Shown here one piece after another: positions 26,069-39,620 of a stretch of DNA of 64,000 nucleotides. The notes beneath the pieces were generated by a model. The model did not search any database and was not told the origin of the DNA. It was given only the letters and a program-made list of their open reading frames with translations. A program made the translations under genes and the position numbers. Every line of letters begins with the position of its first letter. Position 1 is the first letter of the stretch. The DNA lies in assembly GCA_035221665.1 (NCBI GenBank), contig JAVHYY010000154.1, forward strand, positions 372,001-436,000, written 5' to 3'. The DNA is from Okamejei kenojei. Lineage: Eukaryota.

Positions 26069-28512
26069 TCATAGAAACATAGAAACATAGAAATTAGGTG
26101 CAGCAGCAGGCCATTCGGCCCTTCGAGTCTGCACCGCCATTCAATATGATCATGGCTGATCATCCAAATCAGTATTCTGTACCTGCCTTCTCTCCATACC
26201 CCCTGATCCCTTTAGCCACAGGGGCCACATTCAACTCCCTCTTAACTATGGCCTCAACTACCTTCTGTGGCAGAGAATTCCACAGATTCACCACTCTCTC
26301 TGTGAAAAACGATTTGCTCATCTCGGTCCTAAAAGACCTCCCCCTTATCCTTAAACTGTGACCCCTTGTTCTGGACTTCCCCAACAACGGGAACAATCTT
26401 CCTGCATTTAGCCTGTCCAACCCCTTAAGAATTTTGTAAGTCTCTATGAGATCACCCCTCAATCTTCTAAATTCCAGCGAGTACAAGCCAAGTCTATCCA
26501 GTCTTTCTTCATATGGAAGTCGTGCCATCCCAGGAATCAGTCTGGTGAACCTCCTCTGTACTCCCACTTTCCTCATGTCTTTCCTCGGATTAGGAGACCA
26601 AAACTGTACGCAATACTCCTGTACAACTGCAGTAGAACCTCCCTGCTCTTGTACTCAAATCCTTTTGCTATGAATGCCAACATACCATTCGCTTTCTTCA
26701 CAGCCTGCTTCACCTGCATGCCTACTTTCAATGACTGGTGTACCATGACAATCAGGTCTCGCTGCATCTCCCCTTTTCCTAATCGGTCACCATTCAAATA
26801 ATAGTCTACCTTCCTGTTTTGCCACCAAAGTGGATAACATCACATTTATCCACATTATACTGCATCTGCCATGTATTTATCCACTCACCCAGCCTATCCA
26901 AGTCATCCTGCAGCCTCCTAGCATCCTCCTCATAGCTAACACTAACCCCCAGCTTCGTGTCATCCGCAAACTTCGAGATGTTGCAGTTAATTCCCTCGTC
27001 CAAATCATTAATGTATATTGTAAATAGCTGGGGTCCCAGCACTGAGCCTTGCGGGACCCCACTAGTCACTGTCTGCCATCCTGAAAAGGACCCGTTCACT
27101 CCTACTCTTTGCTTCCTGTCTGCCAGTCAGTTCTCTATCCACATAAAAACTGAACCACCAATACCGTGTGCTTTAAGTTTGTATACCAATCTCTTGTGTG
27201 GGACCTTGTCGAAAGCCTTCTGAAAGTCCAGATACAACACATCCACTGCTTCTCCCTTATCCACTCTACTAGTTACATCCTCAAAAAATTCAATAAGATT
27301 CGTCAGACATGATTTACCCTTCGTAAATCCATGCTAACTTTGTCCAATGATTTCACCACTTTCAAAATGCGCTGCTATCCCATCTTTAATAATTGACTCT
27401 AGCAGTTTCCCCACTACCGATGTTAGACTAACTGGTCTGTAATTCCCCGTTTTCTCTCTCCCTCCCTTTTTAAAAAGTGGGGTTACATTAGCTACCCTCC
27501 AATCCCCAGGAACTACTCCAGCATCTAAAGAGTTTTGAAAAATTATCATTAAGGCATCTGCTATTTCTGGGGCTACTTCCTTAAGTACCCTGGGATGAAG
27601 CCTATCTGGCCCTGGGGATTTATCGGCCTTTAATCCATTCAATTTACCTAACACCACTTTCCGGCTAACCTGGATTTCACTCATTTCCTCCATCTCATTT
27701 GACCCGCGATCCCCTGCTACTTCCGGCAAATTATTTATGTGTTCCTTAGCGAAGACATAACCAAAGTAGTTATTCAGTTGGTCTGCCACACCCGTGCTCC
27801 CCATGATCAATTCACCCGTTTCTGACTGCAAGGGACCTACATTTGTTTTAACTAATCTTTTGCGCTTCACATATCGATAAAATCTTTTGCAGTCAGTTTT
27901 TATGTTTCCTGCCAGTTTTCTTTCATACTCCATTTTTCCTTTCCTAATTAAGCCCTTTGTCCTCCTCTGTTGGTCTGTGAATTTCTCCCAGTCCCCTGGT
28001 AGGATGCTTTTTTCTGGCTAATTTGTACGCTTCATCTTTTTCTTTGATACTATCCCTGATTTCCCTCATTATCCACGGATGCGCTACCTTCCCTGATTTA
28101 TTATTTTGCCATACTGGGATGAACAATTGTTGTAGTTCATCCATGCAGTCTTTAAATGCCTTCCATTGCATATCCACCGTCAACCCTTCAAGAATGAATT
28201 GCCAGTCCATCTTGGCCAATTCACGGCTCATACCCTCAAAGTTACCTTTCTTTAAGTTCAGGACCCGTGTTTCTGAATTAACTATGTCACTCTCCATCCT
28301 AATGAAGAACTCAACCATATTATGGTCACTCTTGCCAAGGGGCCACGTACAACAAGGCTGCTAACTAACCCTTCCTCATTACTCAATATCCAGTCTAGAA
28401 TAGCCTGCTCTCTCGTTGGATCCTCCACATGTTGGTTTAGAAAGCTATCCCGCATACATTCCAAGAAATCCTCTTCCTGAGCACCCCTGCCAATTTGATT
28501 CACCCAATCTAT
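26069..28512 (-). mobile_element. CR1 LINE, 5'-truncated ORF2
   Basis: ORFs 27944-28318, 27334-27933, 26806-27099 (FADD) and 26169-26576. (TTTCTATG)n tail. Confidence 0.92.
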
Positions 28513-29432
28513 ATCGCGGTCCGCACTGCGGCCTAACATCGAGGAGTTGGCGGACTTTGCTGGAGCCCGGCTTTGGGACATCAACCCGCGGGGGCGTGCG
28601 AACTTACATCGTAGAGATAGCCATCCCTGTCGGGGATGGACGTTGGAGCTCCTGTCGCGGAAGCCTGCAGACATTAACATCGTGGAGCGCGCGGTTCCTG
28701 GTTAGAGACTGACTTCGTGAGTTCCAAGCCACAGGAGCTTCGACCACCCCGAAGCGGGAGATTCGATTGCCCTCTACTGCGGATGATTCCACTGCCCCGA
28801 CCGCTGTGTTAACGTTTATGTAGTTGTGTGTCTTGTTGTTTTGTAGTATGATTGTATGGTAATTCTGGTTTCGCTGTACCTTATCTGGTGCATGTGACAA
28901 TAAACTGCCCCTTGAACCTTTGAACTGAAATTTGAAGAGGGATTTCATTTGTCATATGGTGGTGAATCTGTGGAAGTGATTGCTACAGAAGGCTGTGGAG
29001 ACCGTCAATGGATATTTTTAAGGCAGTGATAGATAGATTCTTGATTGGCTCTGGTGTCAGAGGTTATGGGGAGAAGACAGGAGAGTAGGCTGGGGATGGA
29101 GAGATAGATCAGCCATGATTGAGTGTCGGAGTAGACCTGATGCGCCGAACGGTCTAATTCTGCTCCTATCAAATGACTATAAGATCTTATGGCAGTTCAC
29201 AACATTCGTGAACTGACGCAGAATGATGTTAGAGCCTGTTGCTCCCTCCCAGCCCTCAACAAACCACCGTAATGGTTCAGACACACTTTTCTTCTCATTT
29301 TATACAATGTAGAAAAGGCACACTTCGTTATTGACCACTCCTCCAATGGGAACTTATTATCTCTGCAAATCCGTATGGATTTAACCGCCATGACGATGCA
29401 ACCTAATTACCGGTTCAATAGTTCAACCCAGG

Positions 29433-29440
29433 TATAAATA
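29433..29440 (+). promoter_or_regulatory. TATA box of GPCR paralog C
   Basis: TATAAATA 61 nt upstream of the ATG. TATA-like elements occur at similar positions in paralogs A and B. Confidence 0.6.
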
Positions 29441-29493
29441 GATGTACTCTCGTGTTCGGCACGCAATTGTGGCCTGCGAGCATATCTGGGAAA

Positions 29494-29563
29494 ATGCATG
29501 CACCCGGAAATGGCCTAGTTTTTGCCATATATTATTCAGTTCTTGCAGCATTCGGAGTTCCAG
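29494..29563 (+). CDS. Exon 1 of GPR139/142-like GPCR paralog C
   Basis: ATG 29494, MHAPGNGLVFAIYYSVLAAFGVP+G, GTAAAC donor. Confidence 0.88.
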
Positions 29564-32051
29564 GTAAACGTTTGAAGTGCTAAACGCGCGTAGTGGACGT
29601 TAGCGACCCTCCACGCTGAGGTTGACGATTGCATATTTTTCTGTATTAATTTTCCTTTCCAGATTCCTTGCGGTGCTACCGCTCTTGTGCTAACGATTCT
29701 CCACAGCTTGTTCATTTATTTATTCGCCTAAAATCCGGCTTGAGTAATGTGAGCGGTCTCAATGAAATTTGACGCTTGCTCTCTGTATTATTGAAACACT
29801 CATTTAATTTATTCTTTCTCTTTTCAAGGTATTTTCAATTTAACCGTTGATCTGAAACCTTTCAATGATTCGTTTGCCTCTCATGGACATACTTTACGTT
29901 TGCCCGGACTGTTGCCCCATCCTCCTTCTTCGATTCAAATGAAAGCCGGAAGAAACATTTTCTGACGTAAATTGTTGTAATTTTAGGGACTGCAAAGTGT
30001 ACAGATATCGGAGAAGCTTTAACCAAAAAATCAATCGGCCGGAGGAAACATTTGTGGAGGGAAATGGACAGAGAACGGTTCTGGTCGGGACCTTTCTTCA
30101 GAGTTTATAGAACGGTCGCAACAAGAAACGTGTTTTTTCTCTCTGCAGATGCTACATGAGCCGCTGCCTCCTGCAGTTATATTGAATGTTGTTATAATAT
30201 ATTGGCGGTAAATGTATCATGCCACTGGGAGTACTGAATCATTGCCCAAAATTCATATTTGTGGACCTTCTTATCTACACCAGATTCGATGCTTATTTAC
30301 CCTTGCGTAGTAACTTCGTGTTGATTATCACCTTTCATGCTTTGTTTATCCCTTGTTTCTGCTTAACGTTGACGGTGATCAGGATAACGCGTTATTTCTC
30401 TTTTTTCTTTGTGTGCTGTTCGATGCTGATGTCAAAGCCAACGGTAACTATATCTACTTTCCAGGGGGTGTTAAAAATTACGGCTGACGTATATCATGAA
30501 GCAGATAATGTGTTTGGTTATCTAAGGTTGCACAGCAGCGGAGATTTGCTGCCTTATGGCGCCAAGATGGCGTCGCGTGCGCAACGCGAGGCTCTGCGTC
30601 TCTCCAGTTCTCGAAAATTAGTAGTATTCTGGTTACTAGTTTCCTCATTTGCCTATATGGTCTTAATCAGCATTTTACTACTTTGCACCCTGGTTAGATG
30701 CAAAACTGCATTTAGAAACATAGAAACATAGAAATAAGGTGCAGGAGCAGGCCATTCGGCCCTTCGAGCCTGCACCGCCATTCAATTTGATCATGGCTGA
30801 TCATCCAACTCAGTATCCTGTACCTGCCTTCTCTCCATACCCCCTGATACCTTCAGCCACAAGGGCCACATCCAACTCCCTCTTAAATATGGCCAACGAA
30901 CTGGCCTCAACTACCTTCTGTGGCAGAGAATTCCACAGATGCATTTCGTTGTACTGTACTTGTGGTATGTGCAATGACAATCAACTTGAATCTAATCTAA
31001 TCTAATCTAACCTAATCAAACATCCCGGATCGATCCTGATTATGCGTGACGTCTGTATGGAGTTTGCACGTTATCTACGTTATAGTACGGAACCCTTGAT
31101 CAGACACATTGCCGTGTAAAAGAAAAACAGTTTGAAGAAAGGTTCCGACCCGACATTTCGCCTATTCCATTCATGCAGAGATGTTTCCTGGTCCGCTGAG
31201 TTCCTCCTGTATTATGTATCTATATTCGGTGTAAACCAGCTGCACCTTCCTACAGATGAAGCCCTGAATACTTCAAACTGTTAAATTTCCCCAGTATTTA
31301 CCCGAATTATGCACGTTTTCTGCTGCATTCCAATTGAGTTATTCAGCTGACGTCTGCTTGTTGCGACAATTGATGGCGCGCTGCCCTTGGATGTGAATTT
31401 TTTCCCCTTCCCCAATCGTTGACTCTCTCTCTGTAAATACTCTGTTTTTTGGAGAGTGTTTATTGCTGTTTGCAAGGGCATCTTGACCAGCTTTTTGTAC
31501 CCCATTAACGAATCATTGCAGTGATGCGTCTGATATCCTTGGTGTTGCTTCCGATGGCAAGAACACGTAAGCGGTATCTATATTATTTGCTCAATACTTT
31601 TCCACGCAGCTTGTTCAGTCATGGTAGTTGTTCTGTGGTCTAAACTCTTTTAAGTTCGCACTGGTCTGCTAACCCACTTAATTCTGGGGCATCACATTGT
31701 AAAATGGCATACTTGCCAATGTTGATTGCCAGTTTGAAGAATGAATTGATTTATTGGTTCTGCGAAACTACATGCACATTATATGCGTGGAAAGCGATTT
31801 AGTACAAATGTAAAGATAGGCACAAAATGCCTGAGTAACTCAGCCGGTCAGATAGTGGCTCTGAAGAAAAGGAATCGGCGACGTTTCGGATCGAGAACCT
31901 TCTTTAGACTGCGAATACGGAACAGGTATTGATATGATCGTTTTCAAGTGCCAGATAATGGGCAGGTATAAAATACAGGTAAGTTGTAGGGTTAGTTGGC
32001 ACAGTTGTCGTCTGATTACTATTTACCCGACGTCTCCCTTCTCTATTGCAG

Positions 32052-32974
32052 CGAACTTGGCGACAGTTGTGATTCTGTCGCATGGAATGTGTGGCCTCTC
32101 GAAATGTATCACTCGCTATCTGTTGTTCATGGCGGTGGCGGATTTTCTGGTCATTGTTACCGCTGTGATACTCAGCCGTCTTCGGGCCATTTATTTCTCG
32201 GACAGCATTCTCTCCACCACCCCGGCCTGCAGTCTAATTATTGTCCTCAGTTGGATTGCCAAAGACGCTTCCGCCTGGTTAACGGTCGCGTTCACCTTTG
32301 ATCGGTTCATCGCTATTTGTTGCCAGAAACTGAAATTGAGATATTGCACCGAGAAAACAGCGGCAGTCGTTATAGCAATAGTCTGGATGCTCGACTGTTT
32401 GAAGAACATTCCTCTTTACTTTGCATACGAGCCTATGTATATCATTCATAACGTCGCTTGGTATTGCAACCTGAAGGAAATATTTTATACTCTATTTGCG
32501 TGGAGATTTTATGAGTGGCTGCATCTTATGTTAAACCCATGTCTCCCCTTCGTCCTAATTTTGCTGCTCAATTTTCTTACCGTTAGATACATTCTTGTGG
32601 CCAGTAAAGCGCGCAGCAGACTCCGAGCCCAGAGCAACAGCGACAAACAGAGCGACTCGGAGATGGAGAGCAGAAGAAAGTCCATCATCTTACTCATGGC
32701 CATCTCGGGCAGTTTTATCCTGTTGCGTTTGACGTATATTGTCAATTTCCTATTTGTACAAATTTCAAGCAACAATTACGTCAGCGGTTCCAATTCCAAT
32801 AAGCCTCAGTTTATCCTCCAAGAAAGCGGGTATATGTTGGAGATTCTTAGTTCCTGTATCAACACGTGCATTTATGTGGGTACGCAGTCCAAATTCAGGG
32901 AGAAGTTGACGTTTGCGGTTCAATACCCTTTGAGTGTGGTCCGCAAATGTTTGACGTCGAGGGCAGGTTTGTAA
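32052..32974 (+). CDS. Exon 2 of class A GPCR paralog C (spliced product 330 aa), GPR139/GPR142-like
   Basis: Acceptor cccttctctattgcag at 32051. ANLATVVIL...DRFIAIC...NPCLPF...NTCIY to TAA. The N-terminal extension of ORF 31934 is intronic. Confidence 0.93.
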
Positions 32975-33469
32975 AAAGTATCTGTCAGACTGGACGAACT
33001 TAGTTGCCGTCTTCACACATTTTCTCGCTATTCGTTTGCGCGTCTTATTCAGTGCTGTCATGCCTTTCCTTTAAGACAATGGTCAGAAATACCTAGTAGT
33101 TACAGTCACACTCTGGTGCTTATCGGTGAGAGGGAGAACGGTAGATTGGCCAAGAAAGGTTTCACGTGAGCTCTCTTCCAGCGTGTGTTGAATGTAGTTA
33201 TTGGTAGCTCTTTTATTCTTGTACACTGTGTCTGTGCTAATATACAATACATTCCGTATACCTTTTTAATCGCCCTGTCTACCATTTGTGGTACCCTTAA
33301 ATATGTGAGGACGTGCTCTGCATATCCGTTTTATACATCAGGCCACACAATTCACCATTTATTATATACTAGACTAAGTGGGACCCGTTGGGTCCCTGTC
33401 ACACAGAGGTTTCGTCCCCCAACGCAATATTCAACCGCTGCAACCGCCCCCAACTGCACAGGCGCAGCT

Positions 33470-33970
33470 AATTTCCCCTCATCCCTCGTACTCTCCCACC
33501 CTCCTCTTCACCCTCCCTCTTCTTCCCCCTCTCCTCCACCCCCCCGAAATCCCTCCATTCACCCCTCTCTCCCTCTCCTTTCCTCTACCCTCAGGCACCC
33601 CTCCCTACCTTCCACAACTCATCTTCCCTCCCTAACCCCCACTCCTATCCCTCTATCCCCCACCTCCCCACTCATCACCTCCCCCTACCCAGCCACTCTC
33701 CCTCGTTACCTCCCCCACGGCCCCATCTTCCTCTAATCCCCACTCCATGCCCCTCCCACTCTCCCCTCCTCTACTGTACCCTCCGCTCCCTTTATCCCCC
33801 TCACCTCCTCCCACTTCTTGTCCCTCTTCTCCTACCCTACCCAAATCGCTCCCTCATCTTTCCTTTCCCCTAGCCTCAGTCACTCCATCCCTCCCTCCAC
33901 AAGTCCTCCTCCCTCCCCACTCCCCTCCTCACCCTCTATCCACTATCCCCTTTCACTCTCCCTCCCTTCT
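33470..33970. repeat. C/T-rich low-complexity tract
   Basis: About 500 bp of CCCT/CCTC-type runs, G-rich on the minus strand. Confidence 0.9.
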
Positions 33971-34364
33971 TGCATGCCCTGGGGGAGCATGACCCGGCGG
34001 CGCGGATCCTCGGCGCGGTCCTGGGGAATATCGTAGTGCAATAGCGTACCGTGTTTGCGCAGATAAAATAACTGCGCAAACCGGAAGAGAACAAGATCAG
34101 AGTTTTAGTTATGAACTAGACCGTTGGGTCTGCACCCCCAACGCACCCGTTCCGTACCCGTAGACCCCACGGGAGGGGTGGTCCTCCAATTCAAGCCGTT
34201 TCCGAACGTAAGATTCCAGCACTCCCCTTGTGCTTTAAAACAAATCCAATTGCACTTGCCCTGCGTGTTGCAATAGTAATTCCCCCTCCCCCTGCTAGTC
34301 GATCCATTGTGGCGTCATCAGTTGAAGCTGCCATTGAAGCGCCATCAGTTGAAACTGGTCATAT

Positions 34365-35175
34365 AAACATAGAAATTAGGTGCAGGAGTAGGCCATTGGG
34401 CCCTTCGAGCCTGCACCGCCATTCAATATGATCATGGCTGATCATCTAACTCAGTATCCCGTACCTGCCTTCTCTTCATACCCCCTGATCCCCTTAGCCA
34501 CAAGGGCCACATCTAACTCCCTCTTAAATATAGCCGATGAACTGGCCTCAACTACCCTCTGTGGCTGAGAGTTCCAGAGATTCATCACTCTCTGTGTGAA
34601 AAAAGTATTTATCATCTCGGTCTTAAGGGATTTCCCCCTTATCCTTAAGCTGTGACCCCTTGTCCTGGACTTCCCCAACATCGGGAACAATCTTCCTGTA
34701 TCTAGCCTGTCGAATCCCTTAAGAATTTTGTACGTTTTTATAAGATCCCCTCTCAATCTCTTAAATTCTAGAGAGCATAAACCGAGTCTATCCAGTCTTT
34801 CTTCATAAGACAGTCCTGACATCCCAGGAATCAGTCTGTTGTACCTTCTATGCACTTCCTCTATGGCAATAATATCCTTCCTCAGATTTGGAGACCAAAA
34901 CCGTACGCAATACTCCAGGTGTGGTCTCACCAAGACCCTGTATAACTGAAGTAGAACCTCCCTGCTCCTATACTCAAATCCATTTGTTATGAAAGCTAAC
35001 ATACCATTCGCTTTCTTCACTGCCTACTTTCAATGACTGGTGTACCATGACACCCAGGTCTGGCTGCATCTTCCTTTTTCCTAATCGGCCACCATTTAGA
35101 TAATAGTCTGCTTTCCTGTTTTTGCCATCAAAGTGGATAACCTCACATTTATTCACATTATACTGCATCTGCCAA
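34365..35175 (-). mobile_element. CR1 LINE 3' fragment
   Basis: ORFs 34451-35020 and 34974-35195. Confidence 0.9.
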
Positions 35176-35189
35176 CATAGATAGATCCA

Positions 35190-36110
35190 ATTCAATTCAA
35201 TTCAACTTTAATATCATTGCACAGATACAAGTATGGGTACAACGAAATGCAGTTTAGTGTCAGTACGTAGTGATAGCAACATATAGATTAATACAGATAA
35301 ATTAATACAGATGTGGAAATCTATCGGCGGGACTCCGAGTTCAGCATTGTGTTGGTGTTATTATAGAAGCTATTCCTCATCCTACTGGTGCGGGACCTGA
35401 GGCTCCTGTACCGCCTCTCCGATGGTAGGTGGGCAAACAGTCCATGGTTAGGGTGGGAGGGGTCCTTGATGATCTTCCAGGCCCGTCTCAGACACCGTTT
35501 TCGGTGGAGGGCATCAATAGCAGGGAGCGGGGCACCGATGATGTACTGGGCGGTTTTCACCATCCGTTGTAGTGCCTTCCTGTCTGCTACGGTGCAACTG
35601 CTGTAGAATACCGTAAAGCAGGTGGTCAGGATGCTTTCGATGGTACAGCGGTAAAAGTTGGTCAGGATCTGGGAGAACAGGTGGGCTTTTTTGAGCCTCC
35701 TCAGGAAGTAAAGGCGCTGCTGCGCCTTTTTGATCAGCTTGGAGGTGTTGAGGGACCAGGCCAGATCCTCCGAGATGTGTACCCCGAGGAATTTGTAGTT
35801 TGAGACCCGCTCCACCTCAGTACCGTTTATATGGATGGGGGTGTGTCTGCCCCCTCTGTTCTTTCTGAAGTCGACAATGATGTCCTCCGTCTTCTGGGAT
35901 TGAGGACGAGGTTATTATTGGCACACCAGGTTGTCAGGTGCTGGACCTCCTCCCTGTAGGCTGACTCGTCGGTGTCACTGATCAGTCCTACCACCGTGGT
36001 GTCGTCGGCAAATTTTATGATTGCGTTGGAGCCATACTTAGGGATGCAGTCATGGGTGAAGAGGGAGTAGAGGAGAGGACTGAGCACACAGGACTGAGCA
36101 CACACCCTCA
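35190..36110 (-). mobile_element. Rex1/Babar-type non-LTR retrotransposon 3' portion
   Basis: CVLSPLLYSLFTHDC...KFADDTTVVGLI and YKFLGVHISEDL.W...KAQQRLYFLRRL. Confidence 0.85.
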
Positions 36111-36114
36111 AGTT

Positions 36115-39100
36115 TTAAAGGAAAAGTCAGCGGGGAGTGCTCATAAATAATACTACTGTATATTCAATAGTATTTACTATTACTATTGTATTATTTAGGA
36201 TTAATCGTATATGGTATTAATTTTGTGTCCACTAAAAATAATCAATTCTTGAATAAGTTGAGTAAAACGAATATTCCCTTCCTGTTGGATTAGCTATTCT
36301 CAATACATCTGTTATATTAAAGTTTATTATATAAGTGTTTAAGAATTCACTAGACTTGGATTTAGCACTACCCTCCCTTAATTTTATTGATTTGTCAAAG
36401 TATGAATCTATAACAATGTTAAAATCCCCCCACTAGTATTACATTTTGAAAATTATACTCATCTATTTTATCCATCATTTTCTTTAAAAATTGGGGATTA
36501 TCAAAATTTGGTGCGTAAATATTTATCAGAGTCAGTGGAGTGGAATAAATTTCTCCCGCCACTATTGTGTATCGTCCTTCTTTATCAGATATTGTATTCT
36601 TTAATATAAACGGTATACCTTTCCGAATAATAATAGCCGTTCCTCTAGCTTTAGCAGTAAATGACGAGTGATATGTTTGGCCTATCCAGTTTGCCCTTAG
36701 TCTCATCTGTGTTTGTAGTTTCGTATGTGTTTCTTGCAGAAAAGCTATATTCACCTACAAAGATTTTAAATGGGCCATAATCTTGCCTCTTTTAATTGGA
36801 TCATTCGCACCCCTAATATTCCAACTACAAAATATGACTCCTCCATTCTTTTTTTCCTTATTATCCTGCATTATAAATAGGTTTTAGTGATTTTACTTAA
36901 TGTGGTGTAGTTAGGTACCTCAGACGTTTGGGTATATGAGTATCATCCCACACTTCTGACGTTATTTTACCTCTCCTCCGTATATTGAACCTCCATAAGA
37001 AAAAGAGAAAGGTGTGTTGAAAAATGGTGAGGAAAAAAAGAAAAGTTGTTAAAGAAGCCACATAAAAGTAAATACAACAGCAACAAAATAAACGTGAATT
37101 TAAGGTATCAAAAAGGTGATAACCTAAATATAAGAAGCCATCTATGATGGCTAAACAATGATTGACCTCCGTTGATGGAATTATACATTGAGTTCAGCCC
37201 CCTAAATACAATGGCATTGATAACTACATGCCGTTTGACCTAAATATATCTTAATATGTCTTAATATATCTAAAGAAAAAAAGTCATCTTTACTGTTTCA
37301 AATATTCTCTTTCATAACCCAATTTTAAACCTTCTATGTTACTTGCTCGTAATCTCCGAATCATATAATTAAAACACATGCGAATACCTGCCCTGTCCCT
37401 GCCCAAATATACAGTATTCATCTGTATCTTAATTACCAGCCTGTTTCAAGGGTTTCATTTCTTATCTTAAATACAACCATCTTCTAGCCCAAACCTCTGG
37501 AACTTTTCCAGATCATTAATGCCACTTTCTTCCCACAGGTTTATGATGTTATAATATTCTTATACCCCTTTTCATTAATTGTAGTGTGTTAGTATCCATC
37601 CTAAGTTATATTTCATTTCTTTTCAGCCAAATTAACCTTATATATCTGTTAATAATAATCATCATTATATGCCCCTTATCCCCTAAATCCATTAGGTTAA
37701 TACCTTGGTTAATCCTATTACTATGAAATTAATATAATAGCATAACCATTAATTAGTAATATTAAGTTTATATAGTTAGTCTATTCTGTACGTTACAGAT
37801 ATACTGTAATAAATAAAACATTTCTTAAGTCCATCATTTCCTTTGATTGTCTTTCAAATCTGATCGCGTTGCTTCGAAATGTTCTTTCAATTATTTATCT
37901 TCTCCTTATCTGTTCAAGGTTGAAACCAGGGCATGTTCATTGCATACACATTCCTGACAGATAAGCCTGTCTGGTTAATGTCTAGAGCAGTTCCACCATC
38001 TTATTTACAGCACAGTTTCCCAATAAACATTTAATCATCAACCTTTACTTCTCTTTTTTCTATTTTCTTTATAATTTCTTGTGCGTAATTAAATGCCGAA
38101 TCCGGGTCCGTGAAGGCGCGTTGAATAGAGTTGTAATTAATTTTCATCTTCGCGGGAAACACAACTCCGCATTTCACCTCTAATTTACCTGGCAGGATGC
38201 TGCTTGCTCTTTTAAACTTGTTCATTTTCTCCAATATTTCGCATGGGTAGTCCCTCTCCATCAAATGTAAGCCTCCCCCCCATGTGGTATCATCTTCATA
38301 AGTTTATCCAGACTTGAAATGTGCACAACATTCACAATAATCTGTCTTGGGGAAGCATTTGTTTCTCTTCTGAAGCGACCTACCCGATGTTCCACATCAA
38401 TCATCGGGCTTTCCTTCAACTTAAAGACATCTTTGAGTATTTTAGTAACAAGTTCGGTCAATAAAATTCCTAGCTCTTGTCCCTCCTTTACTCCTACAAT
38501 CCTCAAGTTCTGTCTCCTTGATTTAGCTTCGAAATCTTTAATTTTATCTGTCAATTTATTCAATTGCTCCCGATTAACCTCGTGTTCATCTATCAGGGTC
38601 GATATTTCCCGAGACATCTCACGTATTTCAACCTTCATATCTTCTATCGACTTGTCAACTCCTTCAGTCAGTTCATCAAATTTCTTATTATAATCATATT
38701 CCATTCTCGCAAATTCGTGAGTTATCCTCTGATCCAGATCCGACAACTGTTGCTTCAAAAAGTGAAACTGTTCCTTTGATTCATCACGCGCAACATCTAT
38801 TTTCATGGAGAGATTAACCTCCATTTTAGATAGCTTGTTCTCCAGTGTCTTATTGATGTTAGTGAGCATTTTGGAGAATTCCTTAGTGAGATCTGAGGTA
38901 AGATCGTTAGTAAGATTAGCTCTTACCGTTTGTTCCCACTGCTTCATCTCTTTCTCCTTTTCTGTCCCTTTTGTCTCTCCTTTAGTAGCCATTTCAGATA
39001 CTGTTTGTTGAGAATCAGATTCTTCGTCTGAGCTTTCAGTTGCTGTTTGGAGGGCTGCCAAATCTTCTTCCAGCAGGAGTCTGATAGTCGATTTCTTAGG

Positions 39101-39312
39101 CCCCCGTTGATGTTTTCGCTTTTTCATCTAAAGGTCTTATTAAAACTCAAATGTTCTCGACACTGTATGCTGCTATCATTCCCATGACACCAAGCAGCCG
39201 CCGGTGGAAGTTTTAAAATCAGTCCCAACTTTAGAAACAGCTTTTTTCACGATTTTAGCAGGAGCTGAATTCAATGCTGCACCTTCACCACTTCCTGGTG
39301 CCACCGGAAGTC
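36115..39312 (-). mobile_element. L1-clade LINE 5' half: 5' UTR, frameshifted ORF1 (39127-38031), about 1.2-kb spacer, ORF2 endonuclease from about 36871
   Basis: ORF1 coiled-coil plus SRRQNLRIVGV. ORF2 SWNIRG, FLQETH, INIYAPN. The 5' end begins GACTTCCGG. Confidence 0.9.
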
Positions 39313-39499
39313 CGTTGAATTGTATGAATGTTGGTCATTTCAACAGAAATTAATGACTGACAGCGGAGTAGTCAAACGCGGGAAGGTGGGACTAGTGCAG
39401 CTGGGACATGTTGGCCGTTGTGGGTGTGGGTCCTAAGGATCTGCTTCCACGCTGTATCACTCTATGCCTCTATGACTCTATGAGTGAAAGTCATGTTTC

Positions 39500-39620
39500 C
39501 CCCCTAGCGGTTGATTGTCGCGTACCAATTAAATACACCCGAGAATGTATCGGTGTTTACGTGCAATATTTCAGTCGTTGTGCGCATTCGTTACTTCAGC
39601 ATGTCAGAGATTCTTGCCTT
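39500..39620 (-). pseudogene. Possible V-segment relic (Cys1-CDR1-WY region)
   Basis: TGC ACG TA- AAC ACC GAT ACA TTC TCG GGT GTA TTT AAT TGG TAC (g)CGA CAA reads CT(Y)NTDTFSGVFNWYRQ. Same C-to-W spacing as CTYNTTASAYCLYWYRQ, but needs two indels. Confidence 0.3.

Noticed and set aside
30219-30731. 170-aa hydrophobic ORF in the GPCR C intron
   Set aside because: It spans repeat fragments and has no recognisable domain or splice structure.
31934-32051. N-terminal extension of the 346-aa ORF
   Set aside because: It is intron read-through. A good acceptor at 32051 and the conserved exon 1 at 29494 explain the gene.
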